Assembly: GCA_029210625.1 (NCBI GenBank) | Contig: JARGFU010000001.1 | Span: forward strand, 261,806 to 325,805 | Direction: 5' to 3' | From: Deltaproteobacteria bacterium | GTDB lineage: Bacteria > Myxococcota > Myxococcia > SLRQ01 | DNA: 64,000 bases | Shown here: in pieces, positions 44,863-56,200 of the stretch | Layout of the letters: each line of letters starts with the position of its first letter | Position numbering within the stretch: position 1 is the stretch's first letter | Notes under the pieces: model-generated | Database searches by the model: none | The model's input: only the letters and a program-made list of their open reading frames with translations | What the model was told of the DNA's origin: nothing | Program-made: the position numbers and the translations under genes

Positions 44863-46104
44863 CTAGAGGGCGAGCTGGTAGCCCACGGTCAGGCCGAGGC
44901 CGCCGAGGAGGGAGCTCGCGGAGAGCGCACCGGTGTCGTCCTCGGGGCCGCCGAAGAGGATCGTCGTCTGCGCCTCGAGGGTGACGGCCCCCGGCCCCAG
45001 CGCGAAGGAGGGGCCGAGGGAGACGCCGAGCGCCGGCGTGATGCCCGAGGCCGAGCGCCCCGCCGTGCTCGCCGAGAGGAAGGCGGCGCCGCCGATCAGC
45101 TGCGCCTGCCAGCGCAGGCCGCGCAGGGAGGGGGTCTGGAGGCGGAGGGCGAGCCCGAAGGAGAGCCCCTGCCAGTCCAGGCGGCGCGGCTCGCCGGCGG
45201 CGTCGGTGCCCGCGCTGGAGGCGGGCAGGTAGTCGACCGCCAGGCCCAGGTCGAGGCCGTCCTTCAGGAGGCCGGTGCGGTAGAGCGCGTGGGCGCCACC
45301 CCCGATCGCGGGGGAGCCCACGCCGCTGGCGGCGGCCAGGACCCGCAGCCCGAGCTTCAGGTAGCGGCGGCGGGGGCCGGCGGGCGCGGCGGGCGGCTCG
45401 GGGCGCTTCAGGTGATCGGGCAGGGGGGGGAGGCTGGCGAGGGCGACCTCGCCCCCGCTCTCCGGCTCGGCGGGCTTCACCTCCACCGCCGCGACGACGG
45501 GGGGCGGCGCGACGACGGGGGGCGCCGCGGGCGGCGGCGGGACGGGATCGGTCCTGCTGTCCTCGAAGGCCACCAGCTCGATCGCCGGCTCCTTCGGCGC
45601 GGGCTGCTTCGCGGGCTCCTCTTCGACCAGCCCCACGGCCATCATCGCCTCCAGATCCTCGGAGGCGGCGATCACCGACACGGCGATCGAGCGGCCGCGG
45701 GTGACCAGCTCGAAGCGATAGGCGTGCATGCCCTCGGGCACCTTGATCTTCAGGATCTTCTTCTCGCTGGGCACGTACTCCATGTCGGTGAGGTACATGC
45801 CCCCGTCGGGCTCCTTCAGGGTGATCCGGCGGATCCGGAAGCCGTCCTGGAAGACCATGAACTCGGTCTCGACCTCCCCCGCCTTCTCGTCGCCCTGCAG
45901 GTCCTGGCGCACGGCGATGGAGAGCTCCTCGGGACCCTTCACCACGAAGCCCAGGGACTTGCCCGCGACGACCCGGAAGTAGTTGCGGGTGTCCCCGTCC
46001 ACCATCAGGGTGGCCTCGTGCTTGGAGCGCACGTCGATCTCGACGGCGCTGGCGAGCGCGGGAGCCAGGAGCAGGGCGAAGACGAGCGGGAGGGAGCGGT
46101 TCAT
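44863..46104 (-). CDS. secreted protein with an N-terminal beta-sandwich domain, a Pro-rich linker and a C-terminal outer-membrane beta-barrel-like domain, hypothetical
   Basis: Signal peptide LVFALLLAPALASA, an (AP/PV)-rich linker, and a C-terminal alternating hydrophobic pattern ending TVGYQLAL, reminiscent of an OMP terminal strand (not the canonical terminal aromatic). Overlaps the upstream GMC oxidoreductase gene by 4 nt. Confidence 0.45.
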   Translation of the reverse strand: MNRSLPLVFALLLAPALASAVEIDVRSKHEATLMVDGDTRNYFRVVAGKSLGFVVKGPEELSIAVRQDLQGDEKAGEVETEFMVFQDGFRIRRITLKEPDGGMYLTDMEYVPSEKKILKIKVPEGMHAYRFELVTRGRSIAVSVIAASEDLEAMMAVGLVEEEPAKQPAPKEPAIELVAFEDSRTDPVPPPPAAPPVVAPPPVVAAVEVKPAEPESGGEVALASLPPLPDHLKRPEPPAAPAGPRRRYLKLGLRVLAAASGVGSPAIGGGAHALYRTGLLKDGLDLGLAVDYLPASSAGTDAAGEPRRLDWQGLSFGLALRLQTPSLRGLRWQAQLIGGAAFLSASTAGRSASGITPALGVSLGPSFALGPGAVTLEAQTTILFGGPEDDTGALSASSLLGGLGLTVGYQLAL

Positions 46105-47696
46105 CCTTCGGCCTCGGGGTCGGTGGGTTCGTCCTTCGGGGGGATGAAGGTCATCGCGCGCTCCGCGAGCGCACAGATCGAGAGGGAGGGGTTCACGCCC
46201 GGGTTGGCCGAGATCGCCGACCCGTCGATGACGTACATCCCATCGTAGCCGAAGACCCGGTGCTCGGCATCGATGACCCCCTCGCTGGCGTCCTTGCCGA
46301 TGACGCAGCCGCCGAGGATGTGCGCGGTGGTGGGGATCCCCAGGAGGGTCTCGGTGATCAGAGAGCCGGGGTAGCCGTTCATCCGCTTCGCGATGCGGTA
46401 GGCGAGCTCGGAGGCCTCGGGGATGGCCGCGGTGGGCCTCGGCCCGCCCCCGACCTCGGTGGTGACGCCGCGCCGGAAGAGGGTGAAGGGGTGCCTCCCG
46501 AGCTTCATCCGCAGGTGCCCGTCGAGGGTGCGCATGTAGAGGAGGATCATCGTGTAGCGCGCCCAGTCCGGGACGAGGTAGGCCCGCAGCGTCCGCCAGG
46601 GGTGGCGCAGGGCGTAGAGGAAGCCCCGCGCCAGCCGGGAGAGTGGATTTCCGCCCGGGCTGTGGGGCGACATCAGGGTGCGGAAGGCCCCGGAGCCGTG
46701 GGGGTAGCGCACCGGCTCGAGGTGGGAGTGCTCGTCGGTGTGCAGGATCGAGGTGATCGCCACGCCCTCGGAGAGGTTCACGTCCCGATCCTGGGTCGTG
46801 ACGCCCATCAACACCTCGGAGTTCGTCCGCACGAAGTGCCCGAGACGATCCGAGAGCCGCGGCAGGCTGCTCTCCTTGAGCTTCAGGAGCAGGTTCACCG
46901 TACCGAGGACGCCGCCGGCGAGGATCACCTTCGGCGCCCGCACCCGCTGGGTCTTGCGGCCGAAGAGGCTGGCCCCGCGCTTCACCACGAGCTCGTAGCC
47001 CCCCTCCTCGAGGGGCAGGAGGTCGACCACCTCGCTGTCGGGCTGGATGGTCAGCCCCTTCTTCTCGGCCAGGTAGAGGTAGTTCTTGTCGAGGGTGTTC
47101 TTGGCGTTCTCCTTGCAGCCGATCATGCAGCCGCCGCAGAGGATGCAGCCGGTGCGGTCGGGACCCTCACCCCCGTGGTAGGGGTCGGGCACCGTCTGAC
47201 CCGGCTCGCCGAAGTAGACGGCCACCGTGGTGGGGTGGTGGTGATCCTCGCGGCCGATCTCCTTCGCCACGTCGGCCAGCACCCGATCGGCGTGGGTCCA
47301 GGCCGGGTTCTCGGTCGCCCCGAGCATCTCCCGCGCCCGCTGGTAGTGGGGCATCAGCTCGGCCTTCCAGTCGGCCAGGTGCCCCCAGGAGTCGGCGGTG
47401 AAGTACTCGTCCTTCGGGATCGGCAGGGTGTTGGCGTAGACCAGGGAGCCCCCGCCCACCCCCACCCCGGAGAGGGCGGTGACGTTGGGCAGGAAGGTCA
47501 TCTTGAAGAGCCCGCGGAAGCCCAGCTGCGGCAGCCAGAGCCAGCGCTTCAGGTTCCAGTTGGAGCTCGGGAAGTCCCGCGCCTCCAGGCGGCGCCCCTT
47601 CTCGAGCACCAGCACCTTGTAACCCTTCTCGACGAGGCGCAGGGCGCTGACGCTACCCCCGAAGCCCGACCCGATGATGACGTAATCCCAGCTCAT
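46101..47696 (-). CDS. GMC-family FAD-dependent oxidoreductase (cholesterol oxidase-like)
   Basis: N-terminal FAD-binding fold YDYVIIGSGFGGSVSALRLVEKGYKVLVLEKG, plus the GMC N- and C-terminal signature regions (GGGSLVYANT, HPLGGCVIG-like GGCVIGKD). Confidence 0.8.
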   Translation of the reverse strand: MSWDYVIIGSGFGGSVSALRLVEKGYKVLVLEKGRRLEARDFPSSNWNLKRWLWLPQLGFRGLFKMTFLPNVTALSGVGVGGGSLVYANTLPIPKDEYFTADSWGHLADWKAELMPHYQRAREMLGATENPAWTHADRVLADVAKEIGREDHHHPTTVAVYFGEPGQTVPDPYHGGEGPDRTGCILCGGCMIGCKENAKNTLDKNYLYLAEKKGLTIQPDSEVVDLLPLEEGGYELVVKRGASLFGRKTQRVRAPKVILAGGVLGTVNLLLKLKESSLPRLSDRLGHFVRTNSEVLMGVTTQDRDVNLSEGVAITSILHTDEHSHLEPVRYPHGSGAFRTLMSPHSPGGNPLSRLARGFLYALRHPWRTLRAYLVPDWARYTMILLYMRTLDGHLRMKLGRHPFTLFRRGVTTEVGGGPRPTAAIPEASELAYRIAKRMNGYPGSLITETLLGIPTTAHILGGCVIGKDASEGVIDAEHRVFGYDGMYVIDGSAISANPGVNPSLSICALAERAMTFIPPKDEPTDPEAEG

Positions 47697-47748
47697 GGCG
47701 ACCCCGCTTGTCGATTCGAGAGTACCCCATCTGTGCTAAGACCGCCGC

Positions 47749-48372
47749 ATGCTCGACGCCCACCTGCGGCACCTCGCCCTCCTCGCCCTCCCGGCGCTCC
47801 TCCTCGTCACCGCCTGCCCCCGGCGGGTGCCGATCCCCGACCCCACGCCGGCCACGGGCGAGTGGTACGAGACGCAGGCGGACGAGGGCTTCTCCTTCTC
47901 CATGCCCGATCCGCCCGAGGTGCAGCGCCAGAACGTCCCCACCGAGGCCGGGCCGCTGCCGATCGTGATGTACCTGCTGGCCGACGACGCCCGGGGCGCC
48001 GCCTACAACGTCACCAGCGCCCGCTACCCGGAGGGGTTCATGGACACCCGGGATCCCGCCGAGGTCCTGGCTGGCGCCCGGGACGGAGCCGCCTCCAACA
48101 TCTCGGGCGAGATCCTCGAGCAGCGCGACCTGCAGCTCTTCGCCCCCGACGGCTCCATCGCCCCGGGCCTCGAGCTGGTGATGCGCACGCCCCAGGAGAT
48201 GCTCTACCGGGGGCGGATCTTCGTGGTGGGCCCGCAGCTGATCCAGCTCTCCTACGTCACCACCGAGAAGGGCGGCTCGGAGGAGGCCTACCGGCACTTC
48301 GTCGAGTCCTTCATCCTGACCCCCTCGAGCCCCGCCGCGCCCTCGCCGGACGACGGGCCCACCGAGGAGTGA
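47749..48372 (+). CDS. lipoprotein, hypothetical
   Basis: Signal peptide plus lipobox LLLVTAC. No recognisable family. Confidence 0.45.
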   Translation: MLDAHLRHLALLALPALLLVTACPRRVPIPDPTPATGEWYETQADEGFSFSMPDPPEVQRQNVPTEAGPLPIVMYLLADDARGAAYNVTSARYPEGFMDTRDPAEVLAGARDGAASNISGEILEQRDLQLFAPDGSIAPGLELVMRTPQEMLYRGRIFVVGPQLIQLSYVTTEKGGSEEAYRHFVESFILTPSSPAAPSPDDGPTEE

Positions 48373-49649
48373 GCGCCACGCCTCCCGCGCCGAAGGACCG
48401 CGGCGTCCTGGGCTGGGCCCTCTACGACTGGGCCAACTCGGCCTACGCCACCGTGGTGGTGGCCGGCTTCTTCCCCGTCTTCCTGAAGACCTACTGGGCC
48501 GCCGAGCTCCCGGTCACCCGGTCGACCTTCTACCTGGGGCTGGCCACCTCGGCGGCCTCCCTGGCGGTCGCGATCCTGGCGCCGCTGGTGGGCGCGCTGG
48601 CCGACCGCGCGGGCTGGCACAAGCGCGCCCTCATCGTCTACGCGGCGACCGGCGTCGTCTGCACCCTGGGGCTGGCGCTGGCCGGACGCGGGCAGTGGGA
48701 GCTGGCCCTCCTCCTCTACGCCCTCGGCACCCTGGGCTGGTCCGGCGCCAACGCGCTCTACGACGCCCTGCTCACCTCCGTCGCGGACGAGCCGGACTTC
48801 GATCGGGTCTCGGCCCTGGGCTTCTCCCTGGGCTACCTCGGCGGCGGGATCCTCTTCGCCGGCTGCATCAGCCTGACCCTCTACCCCGGGCTCCTCGGCC
48901 TGCCCGGCAAGGCCGAGGCGGTGCGGGTGGGCTTCGCCGCCTGCGCGATCTGGTGGGCGATCTTCTCGATCCCCCTCCTGCGCTGGGTGCGGCAGCCGGC
49001 GCCCACGGCCGAGGCGGGGGAGGCCTCCCTGCGCGCCGCCCTCGCCCGCCTGCTGCAGACCCTGAAGACCCTGCGCAGCCTGAAGACCGCGGCCCTCTTC
49101 CTCGTCGCCTACTGGCTCTACATCGACGGGGTCGACACCATCATCCGGATGGCGGTCGACTACGGCCTGGCCATCGGCCTGCCGGACACCGCGCTGATCA
49201 CCGCGCTCCTGCTCACCCAGTTCGTGGGCTTCCCGGCGGCCATCGCCTTCGGCGCCCTGGGCAAGCGGATCGGCGCCAAGGGCGGGGTGCTCCTGGCCCT
49301 GCTCGTCTACCTCGGGGTCTGCGCCTTCGCCCACGGCATGGAGACCGCCACCGAGTTCTACGTGCTCGCGGCCACCGTCGGCCTGGTGCAGGGTGGCGTC
49401 CAGGCCCTCTCCCGCTCCCTCTTCGCCCGGCTGATCCCCGCCGAGCAGAGCGCCGAGCTCTTCGGCTTCTACAACATGGTCGGCAAGTACGCGGCCGTCA
49501 TCGGCCCCACCCTGATGGGCTGGGTGGCGGTGGCCACCGGCGACCCCCGGGCCGGGATCCTGGCGGTGGCGGGACTGATCGTCCTCGGCGGCGGTATGCT
49601 CGTCCTCATCCGCATCCCGAGGACCCCCACCGCCGAGGCCACACCATGA
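48369..49649 (+). CDS. MFS transporter, UMF1 family; GTG start
   Basis: UMF1-type N-terminus GWALYDWANSAY followed by ~12 TM helices. The GTG start overlaps the upstream stop (GTGA). Confidence 0.75.
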   Translation: MSATPPAPKDRGVLGWALYDWANSAYATVVVAGFFPVFLKTYWAAELPVTRSTFYLGLATSAASLAVAILAPLVGALADRAGWHKRALIVYAATGVVCTLGLALAGRGQWELALLLYALGTLGWSGANALYDALLTSVADEPDFDRVSALGFSLGYLGGGILFAGCISLTLYPGLLGLPGKAEAVRVGFAACAIWWAIFSIPLLRWVRQPAPTAEAGEASLRAALARLLQTLKTLRSLKTAALFLVAYWLYIDGVDTIIRMAVDYGLAIGLPDTALITALLLTQFVGFPAAIAFGALGKRIGAKGGVLLALLVYLGVCAFAHGMETATEFYVLAATVGLVQGGVQALSRSLFARLIPAEQSAELFGFYNMVGKYAAVIGPTLMGWVAVATGDPRAGILAVAGLIVLGGGMLVLIRIPRTPTAEATP

Positions 49650-50116
49650 TCTCTCTCGACCGGCGCCTCCTGAAGCGTGCCTTCTTCCGGCTGGTCAGCG
49701 TCTACCCGCCCTACCTCGGGGCGGGCGTCCGGCTGACCCACGTCGCCGAGGACCTCCTCACCATGGAGGTCGAGATGAAGCTCACGCCCCTCAACCGCAA
49801 CTACGTCGGCACCCACTTCGGTGGCTCCCTCTACAGCATGTGCGATCCCTTCTTCATGCTGATCCTGATGGAGGCGCTCGGAGAGGGCTTCGTCGTCTGG
49901 GATCAGGAGGCGACCATCCGCTTCAAGAAGCCCGGGCGCGGCAAGGTGCGGGCCCGCTTCTCGGTGAGCCCGGCCGAGGTGGAGTCGATCCGGCACGACG
50001 CGATCAAGCACCGCAAGACCTCTCCGGTCTTCCGGACGAAGGTCACCGACGAGCAGGGTGAGGTCGTCGCCGAGATCGAGAAGACCCTCTACGTCCGGCA
50101 GCGCGAGGCGGCCTGA
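49646..50116 (+). CDS. DUF4442/YiiD_C-like hot-dog fold (thioesterase-like) protein
   Basis: Hot-dog fold-like motif NYVGTHFGGSLYSMCDPFFMLILMEALG. ATGA overlap with the MFS transporter gene suggests co-transcription. Confidence 0.55.
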   Translation: MISLDRRLLKRAFFRLVSVYPPYLGAGVRLTHVAEDLLTMEVEMKLTPLNRNYVGTHFGGSLYSMCDPFFMLILMEALGEGFVVWDQEATIRFKKPGRGKVRARFSVSPAEVESIRHDAIKHRKTSPVFRTKVTDEQGEVVAEIEKTLYVRQREAA

Positions 50117-50193
50117 AACGGCTCCTGTTTCCGGGGGGTTGAGCGCCCTGGGGTGGATCCCCGCGGTGTAGGCCCGGGTAGTCCGGTGTCGCA

Positions 50194-50209
50194 TGGCCCC
50201 GAGGCTGCG
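50194..50209 (+). promoter_or_regulatory. candidate sigma-54 (-24/-12) promoter element upstream of the giant adhesin gene
   Basis: TGGCCCCGAGGCTGCG fits the GG-N10-GC spacing and the TGGC...TGC core of sigma-54 promoters. It lies ~70 bp upstream of the ATG at 50280, and a sigma-54 activator (NtrC family) is encoded in the window. Spotted by eye only. Confidence 0.25.
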
Positions 50210-50279
50210 CGGGCGGCTATTCTTTGGGCTTTCCGACTGCGTTCATGCCGGACGCGGTCCGGGAGGCTGGGAGGATCGC

Positions 50280-53200
50280 ATGCAACGCTGGATCGTTGTC
50301 TGCTTCGTGGGCCTGGGCCTGATGACGGCCTGCAACTCGAACGTCGCCGTCGACAACCCCTACGATCCCGACGCCCCTCCGGCGTTGCAGGTCACCAGCC
50401 TGATCACCGGGCGGGTCAGCGCGGAGGCGGCCTTCGACCCCGCGAGCCTGACGATCACCGTCGAGGGGCTCACCCCCCGGGGCAGCCCCGTGCGCGACGT
50501 GGCGGTGGAGCTCGACGACACCACGACGCCCGTCTCCTTCTCGACCTTCCTGCCCGCCGGCACCTACCTCGTCCGCGCGGAGGTCCCCGGCTTCCGCGCC
50601 GACGAGCGCACCGGCGTGCTCGTGGCGACGGGCGAGGATCAGGACATCGGCGAGCTCTATCTCCTGGCCGGCCGAGGCACCCTGGCCGGGCGCGTGGTGA
50701 TCCCGGATCCAGCCGGTGATCGCCCCGCGCCCCTCGAGACCGAGGTCACCCTCCTGCGCCTCGGCTCCCCGGTGGCCACGCCCTCCGACACCTCCTGCAC
50801 CGAGCTCGCCGCCGAGGAGTCCGTCCGCGCCCGCCTCCGCGCGGACGGCACCTTCGAGGAGCGCAACCTCGCCGTCGGCCCCTTCGTGGTCATCGCCTCC
50901 CTCGACGGCTACCTGCCCGCGGTCGTCGCCCAGAGCGTCGAGGTCCTCACCGACGGGGTCACCGACGTGGGCACGCTGCAGCTCACCGACGGGGAGGGCA
51001 TCCTCACCCTCACCGCCCCGGCGAACCCCGACGCCGATCCGGCGGGCCTCGCCACCTCCGCCTCGACGATCACCGCCAACGTGGTCCTCCCGCCGGTCTA
51101 CAACGGCATGCAGCTCTCGCTGATGCCCGACTTCGGCGACGTGGCCGACTGGTCCACGCCGGCCACCTCCACCCTCTTCGACCTGACCGGCGCCAGCGAC
51201 GGGGAGCAGCAGCTCTTCCTGCGCTTCCGGGCGCCCACCTGCGATCTCTCTCCGACCTTCGTCGCCAGCATCATCCTCGACACCACGCCGCCGGTGGCCG
51301 CGGCGCCGGCGCCTGCGAGCGGCTCGAGCTGCTCCAACGACGCCCAGGTCACGATGGACCTCCCGGGCGAGGATCCCTGCGCGGCCGACCAGAGCTGCGC
51401 CGGCCTCTACCAGATGCGGGTCGTCTCCGACGGCACCCTCGATACCGAGACCTTCGTCGACTACCTCCCCCGCGACATCGTCGCCTTCCCCGGCGACGGC
51501 ACCCACGACATCACCCTCGAGCTGCGCGACGCGGCGGGCAACACCTCGGCGCCCACCACCAGCACGGTGACCATCAACTCGGTGGGACCCCAGCCCGGCG
51601 GCGCCATCCTGCGGATCGACGACGGCAGCGGCACGGTGCGCTCGCTCTCGGTCCTGCTCACCTTCGACGTCACCGGCGCCACCGGGGTCGAGGTCGGCAA
51701 CGCGGCGGGCCTCGACGGCAGCGCCTGGGTGGCGCTGCCCCCGAGCCAGCAGCTCTCCTGGCAGCTCGCCGCCGGCGCCGACGGCCTGCGCACGGTCGTC
51801 GCCCGCTTCCGGGACGACTGCGGCAACGTGACCCAGGAGTACCCGGTCGACGTGCTCCTCGATCGCTCGGGGATGATCGCCGGCGCGGCCCGCCTCGAGG
51901 CCGGCGCGGATCACAGCGGCACCGTGGTCTCCTTCTGGCTCTGGGACGCCAGCGCGGCGGGCGGCGCGGGCGACTACGTGGACACGGCCCTGACGGCCAC
52001 CACCTCCGTGAACGGCGCCTTCAGCCTCTCCGGGCTGGCGGCCGGCGACTACCGCCTGGTCTTCTCTCACCCGGGCTTCAGCCAGCGGGTGATGGACGGC
52101 CTCATCCTCACCGAGGGCGCGGTGCGCACCCTGGGCGAGGTGGTCCTCCAGCTGGCCCGCGGTGAGCTCGAGGGCTCCGCCACCCTCCTGGGCGAGGGCA
52201 GCCACGAGGGGATCCGCGTCCAGGCGGCGCCGGGCATCACCACCGTCACCGACTCGGCGGGCAGCTACCTCTTCACCGATCTCCCCGTCGGCGACTACTA
52301 CGTCTCGGCCACCGCCGACGACGCCTTCCAGGGCGCCGCCTCCCCCACCCCGGCCACCGTGCTCGAGGGTCAGCGCGTCACCGCCGACCCCCTCGTGCTC
52401 CAGCCGATCCCCGGCAGCATCGCCGGCACCGCCCTGCGCTCCGGCCAGACCACCCACGGCGGCATCGACGTCCTCCTCGAGGGCGCCACGGTGGGCGACA
52501 CGCCGGTGCAGGACAACACGGTCACCCTCGCCGACGGGACCTACTCCTTCCCCTCGCTCACCGCCGGCACCTACCGCCTCGTCTTCCAGACCGCCCAGTA
52601 CCAGGCCGCGACCGCCGAGGGCGTGGTCGTGCCGCCCAACACGCCGGTGACCGTCACCCCGGTCACCCTCGCCAAGGCCACCGGGGCCCTGCGGGTGGCG
52701 GTGGACATCTCCGACCGCAGCAACGAGTCGGGGGTGGCGATCATCCTCGAGCAGAGCGGCACCTCCGTGCTGACCCAGCTCTCCCCGCCCGACGGCATCG
52801 TCTACTTCGCCTCGGTCCCGGCCGACAGCTACACCCTCGTCGCCCGCCTCGACGGCTACGGGGAGGAGCTGATCACCCCGGTGGTGGTCTCGGCCAACAG
52901 CACGACCGACCTCACCACCACGCCCATCGTCCTCACCCCGCAGATCGGCGACGCCTTCCTGCAGACCCCCGCCGGGGCGGTCCTCGGCGCCGCGACCAAC
53001 CTCACCTCCATCGAGGTGGGCGGCTCCTTCCCCGGCGTGAACCAGGTGCGGATCTGCGAGAGCCCGAACATCCTCCTGGGCGGCGACCCCGACACCTTCT
53101 CCACCGGGAACTGCGCCTGGCGGGCCATCACCCAGCTCCCCGGGGACGCCTTCCAGCCCCTGCCCTTCACCTTCTCCCAGTCGCAGTGCCCCGACCCCGG

Positions 53201-56200
53201 CGATCCGGTGGCCATCTGCGACGGCCAGAAGGTCGTCTGGGTGAAGATGCAGGACACCACCTCCGGGCTCGTCTCCGAGTGGTTCCCCCTCGACATCGTC
53301 CTCGACCGGGTCGCCCCGCAGGGCAACATCGTCATCTCCCCCACGGCCAGCACCACCTCCGGGGATCTGGTCGTCGGCGACGGTGAGGCCTACACCGCCT
53401 CCCTCAACGTCTCGGCGCTGGTCGCGGCCCAGGAGGATCTCTCCGGCGTCGCCGCCGGCGGCGCGGTCGCCGGGGTGGTCAGCGGACGCATCTTCCGCAG
53501 CACCACCGACACCAACCCGGTGCTGGTGAGCCTCAAGGAGGGCCTCACCTCCGTGCCGGTGATCACCCTCACCCCGGGGGCCGACGGCGACCGGCAGCTC
53601 TACCTCGAGGTCTCCGACGCCGCGGGCAACCGCTCGGTCACCGATCTCACCACCGTGACCTGCCCGCCGGCGCGCACCCCCAGCCTGCCCACCGACTGCG
53701 ACGCCATCTTCGTCGATCGCACGCCGCCCCCCTCCCTGGCCTTCAGCATCGAGCCCACCTCCCCGGGCACCGACATGTCCCTGGGGGCGGCCTGGACCGC
53801 CACCACCACCGTCACCCTGGGGATCGACTCCACCATCACCGGCCTCGCGGAGGACGAGGCGGTCTCGGCGATCATCGCCAACGACTCGGGCTTCGTGGCC
53901 AGCCTGGCCATGCCCCTGGCGAACCCGGTCTCGCTGGTGGGCTGGAACCTCACCGTGGGAGACGGCACCAAGAACGTCTACATCCGCGTCCGGGACGCGG
54001 CCGGCAACCTCTCGGGCGTCTTCTCGGACAGCATCGGCCTGGACACCCTGGCCCCACAGATCCCGGTGCTCGACGAGGTCCCGCCGGTCACCGCCGACGC
54101 CTCACCGGCCCTCTCCTTCACCGGCGGCACCGGCGCCACCCGGCACTTCCTCCAGCTCTCGGACAGCGCGTCCTTCGACGGCTCCGGCCCCGGCGCGGTC
54201 TTCGTGGAGGTGGAGCTGACGGACTTCGACTACACCGCGATCGACGACGCCGCGGGCGCCGCCGCCTACCCGCTGGCCGACGGCCTCTACTGGTGGCGGG
54301 TGCAGGCCGCCGACGACGCGGACCTGCGCAGCCCCTTCACCCCGGCGCAGCGCTTCGAGGTCGACACGGTGGCCCCCGGGCCCACGACCCTGGACCTCGT
54401 CGACAGCCCGACCCGGGACACGACCCCGACCCTCACCTGGGCAGCGACCACCGACGCCCGGCTCTACCACCTCCAGATCTCCACGACCTCCGACTTCAGC
54501 GCGGGGATCCAGGTCGACCAGACCACCGCCCAGCTGAGCCTCACCTCCAGCACCCTGGGTGAGGGCACCTGGTACGCCCGGGTGCAGACCATCGACGCCG
54601 CGGGCAACGCGGACGCCGCCGGCTTCTCCAACACCGTCACCTTCGTGGTGGACACCACTGCCCCGGCCGACGCCATCCTCTCCGCCCCGGCGAACGCCTC
54701 GACCTGGAGCACCCAGCCGGTGGCCTTCACCTGGGCCTCGGTGGCGGACGCCGTCGCCTACCGCCTCGAGATCGCGCTCAACGCGGGCTTCACCGGCGCC
54801 ATCGTGGAGGCCGGGCTGACCACCACCGCCCGCTCGCTGGTCCTCGACGAGGGCGCCTACTGGGCGCGGGTGATCACCACCGACGCGGCCGGCAACCGCT
54901 CCCTGGGGACGACCTTCATCACCTTCACCGTGGACACGGTCGCGCCGGACGTCCCGACCCTCAACCGCCTGCCCAGCCTGATCTCCGAGCGCCAGCCGGT
55001 GCTCTCCTGGAGCGACGAGGCCGCCTCCGGCGCCGTGACCTACCTCGTGCAGGTGGACGGCGTGGACCGGCCGGTCTCCGGCACCACCACCTACACCGTG
55101 CCCCTGGCCGAAGCCCTGGCGGACGGCGTCCACACCTGGACGGTCGCCGCCCGGGACGCCGCCGGGAACACCAGCGCCCACGCCACCCTGCAGTCCTTCA
55201 CCGTGGACGCCACCGCGCCGGCCACGCCGGTGCTGGTGCCGGTGAACCCCGACCCCACCTCCCTCACCCAGCCCACCCTCGCCTTCGCGGCGGTGGGGGA
55301 CGCGGTCGAGTACGAGGTCGAGTGGCACGACAACAACCTCTTCACCGGGGGCACCGGGAGCAGCGCCCTGATCACCGGCACCTCCACCAAGCCGAGCGTC
55401 GCGCTGGGCAACGGCACCTGGCACTGGCACGTCCGGGCCCGGGACGCCTCGGGCAACTGGAGCGCCTTCTCCTCCGTGGACGACTTCGTGGTGGACACCA
55501 CGGCCCCGGCCGACCCGACCCTGCTGACCCCCGCCGCGGGGAGCTCGGTGACCTCGACCTCGGTCGACTTCACCTGGGCCGCGGTGGCCGACGCCGTCCG
55601 CTACCAGCTCGAGATCGCCTCCGACGCGGCCTTCACCTCGCCCCAGATCGAGTCCGGCCTGACCACCACCGCCCGCGCCGTCGTCCTCACCGATGGGAGC
55701 TGGTGGGCCCGCGTGCGCGCGATCGACGCCGCCGGCAACGTCTCCGCCGGCGCCGCCGACAACGCCTTCACCGTCGACACCACCGCGCCGGACGTGCCGA
55801 CCCTCACCCGCCTGGCCGACCTGATCTCCGAGACCCAGCCCGTGCTCGGCTGGAGCGACGAGGCCGCCAGCGGCGCCGCGGCCTACCTCCTGCAGATCGA
55901 CGGCGCCACCCGGGTGGTCTCCGGCGCGACCAGCTACACGGTCCCGCTGGCCGAGGCCCTCGCCGACGGCACCCACACCTGGACCGTCGCCGCCCGCGAC
56001 GCCGCCGGCAACGTGAGCGCCTTCGCCACGGCGCAGGCCTTCACCGTGGACGCGACCGCGCCGGGCGTGCCGGGCCTGGTGGCCGTCAGCCCCGATCCCT
56101 CCTCGAACACCCTGCCCACCCTCGCCGTGAAGCCGGTGAGCGACGCCGTCGAGTACGAGCTCGAGTGGCACGACAACAGCCTCTTCACCGGCGGCGTCGG

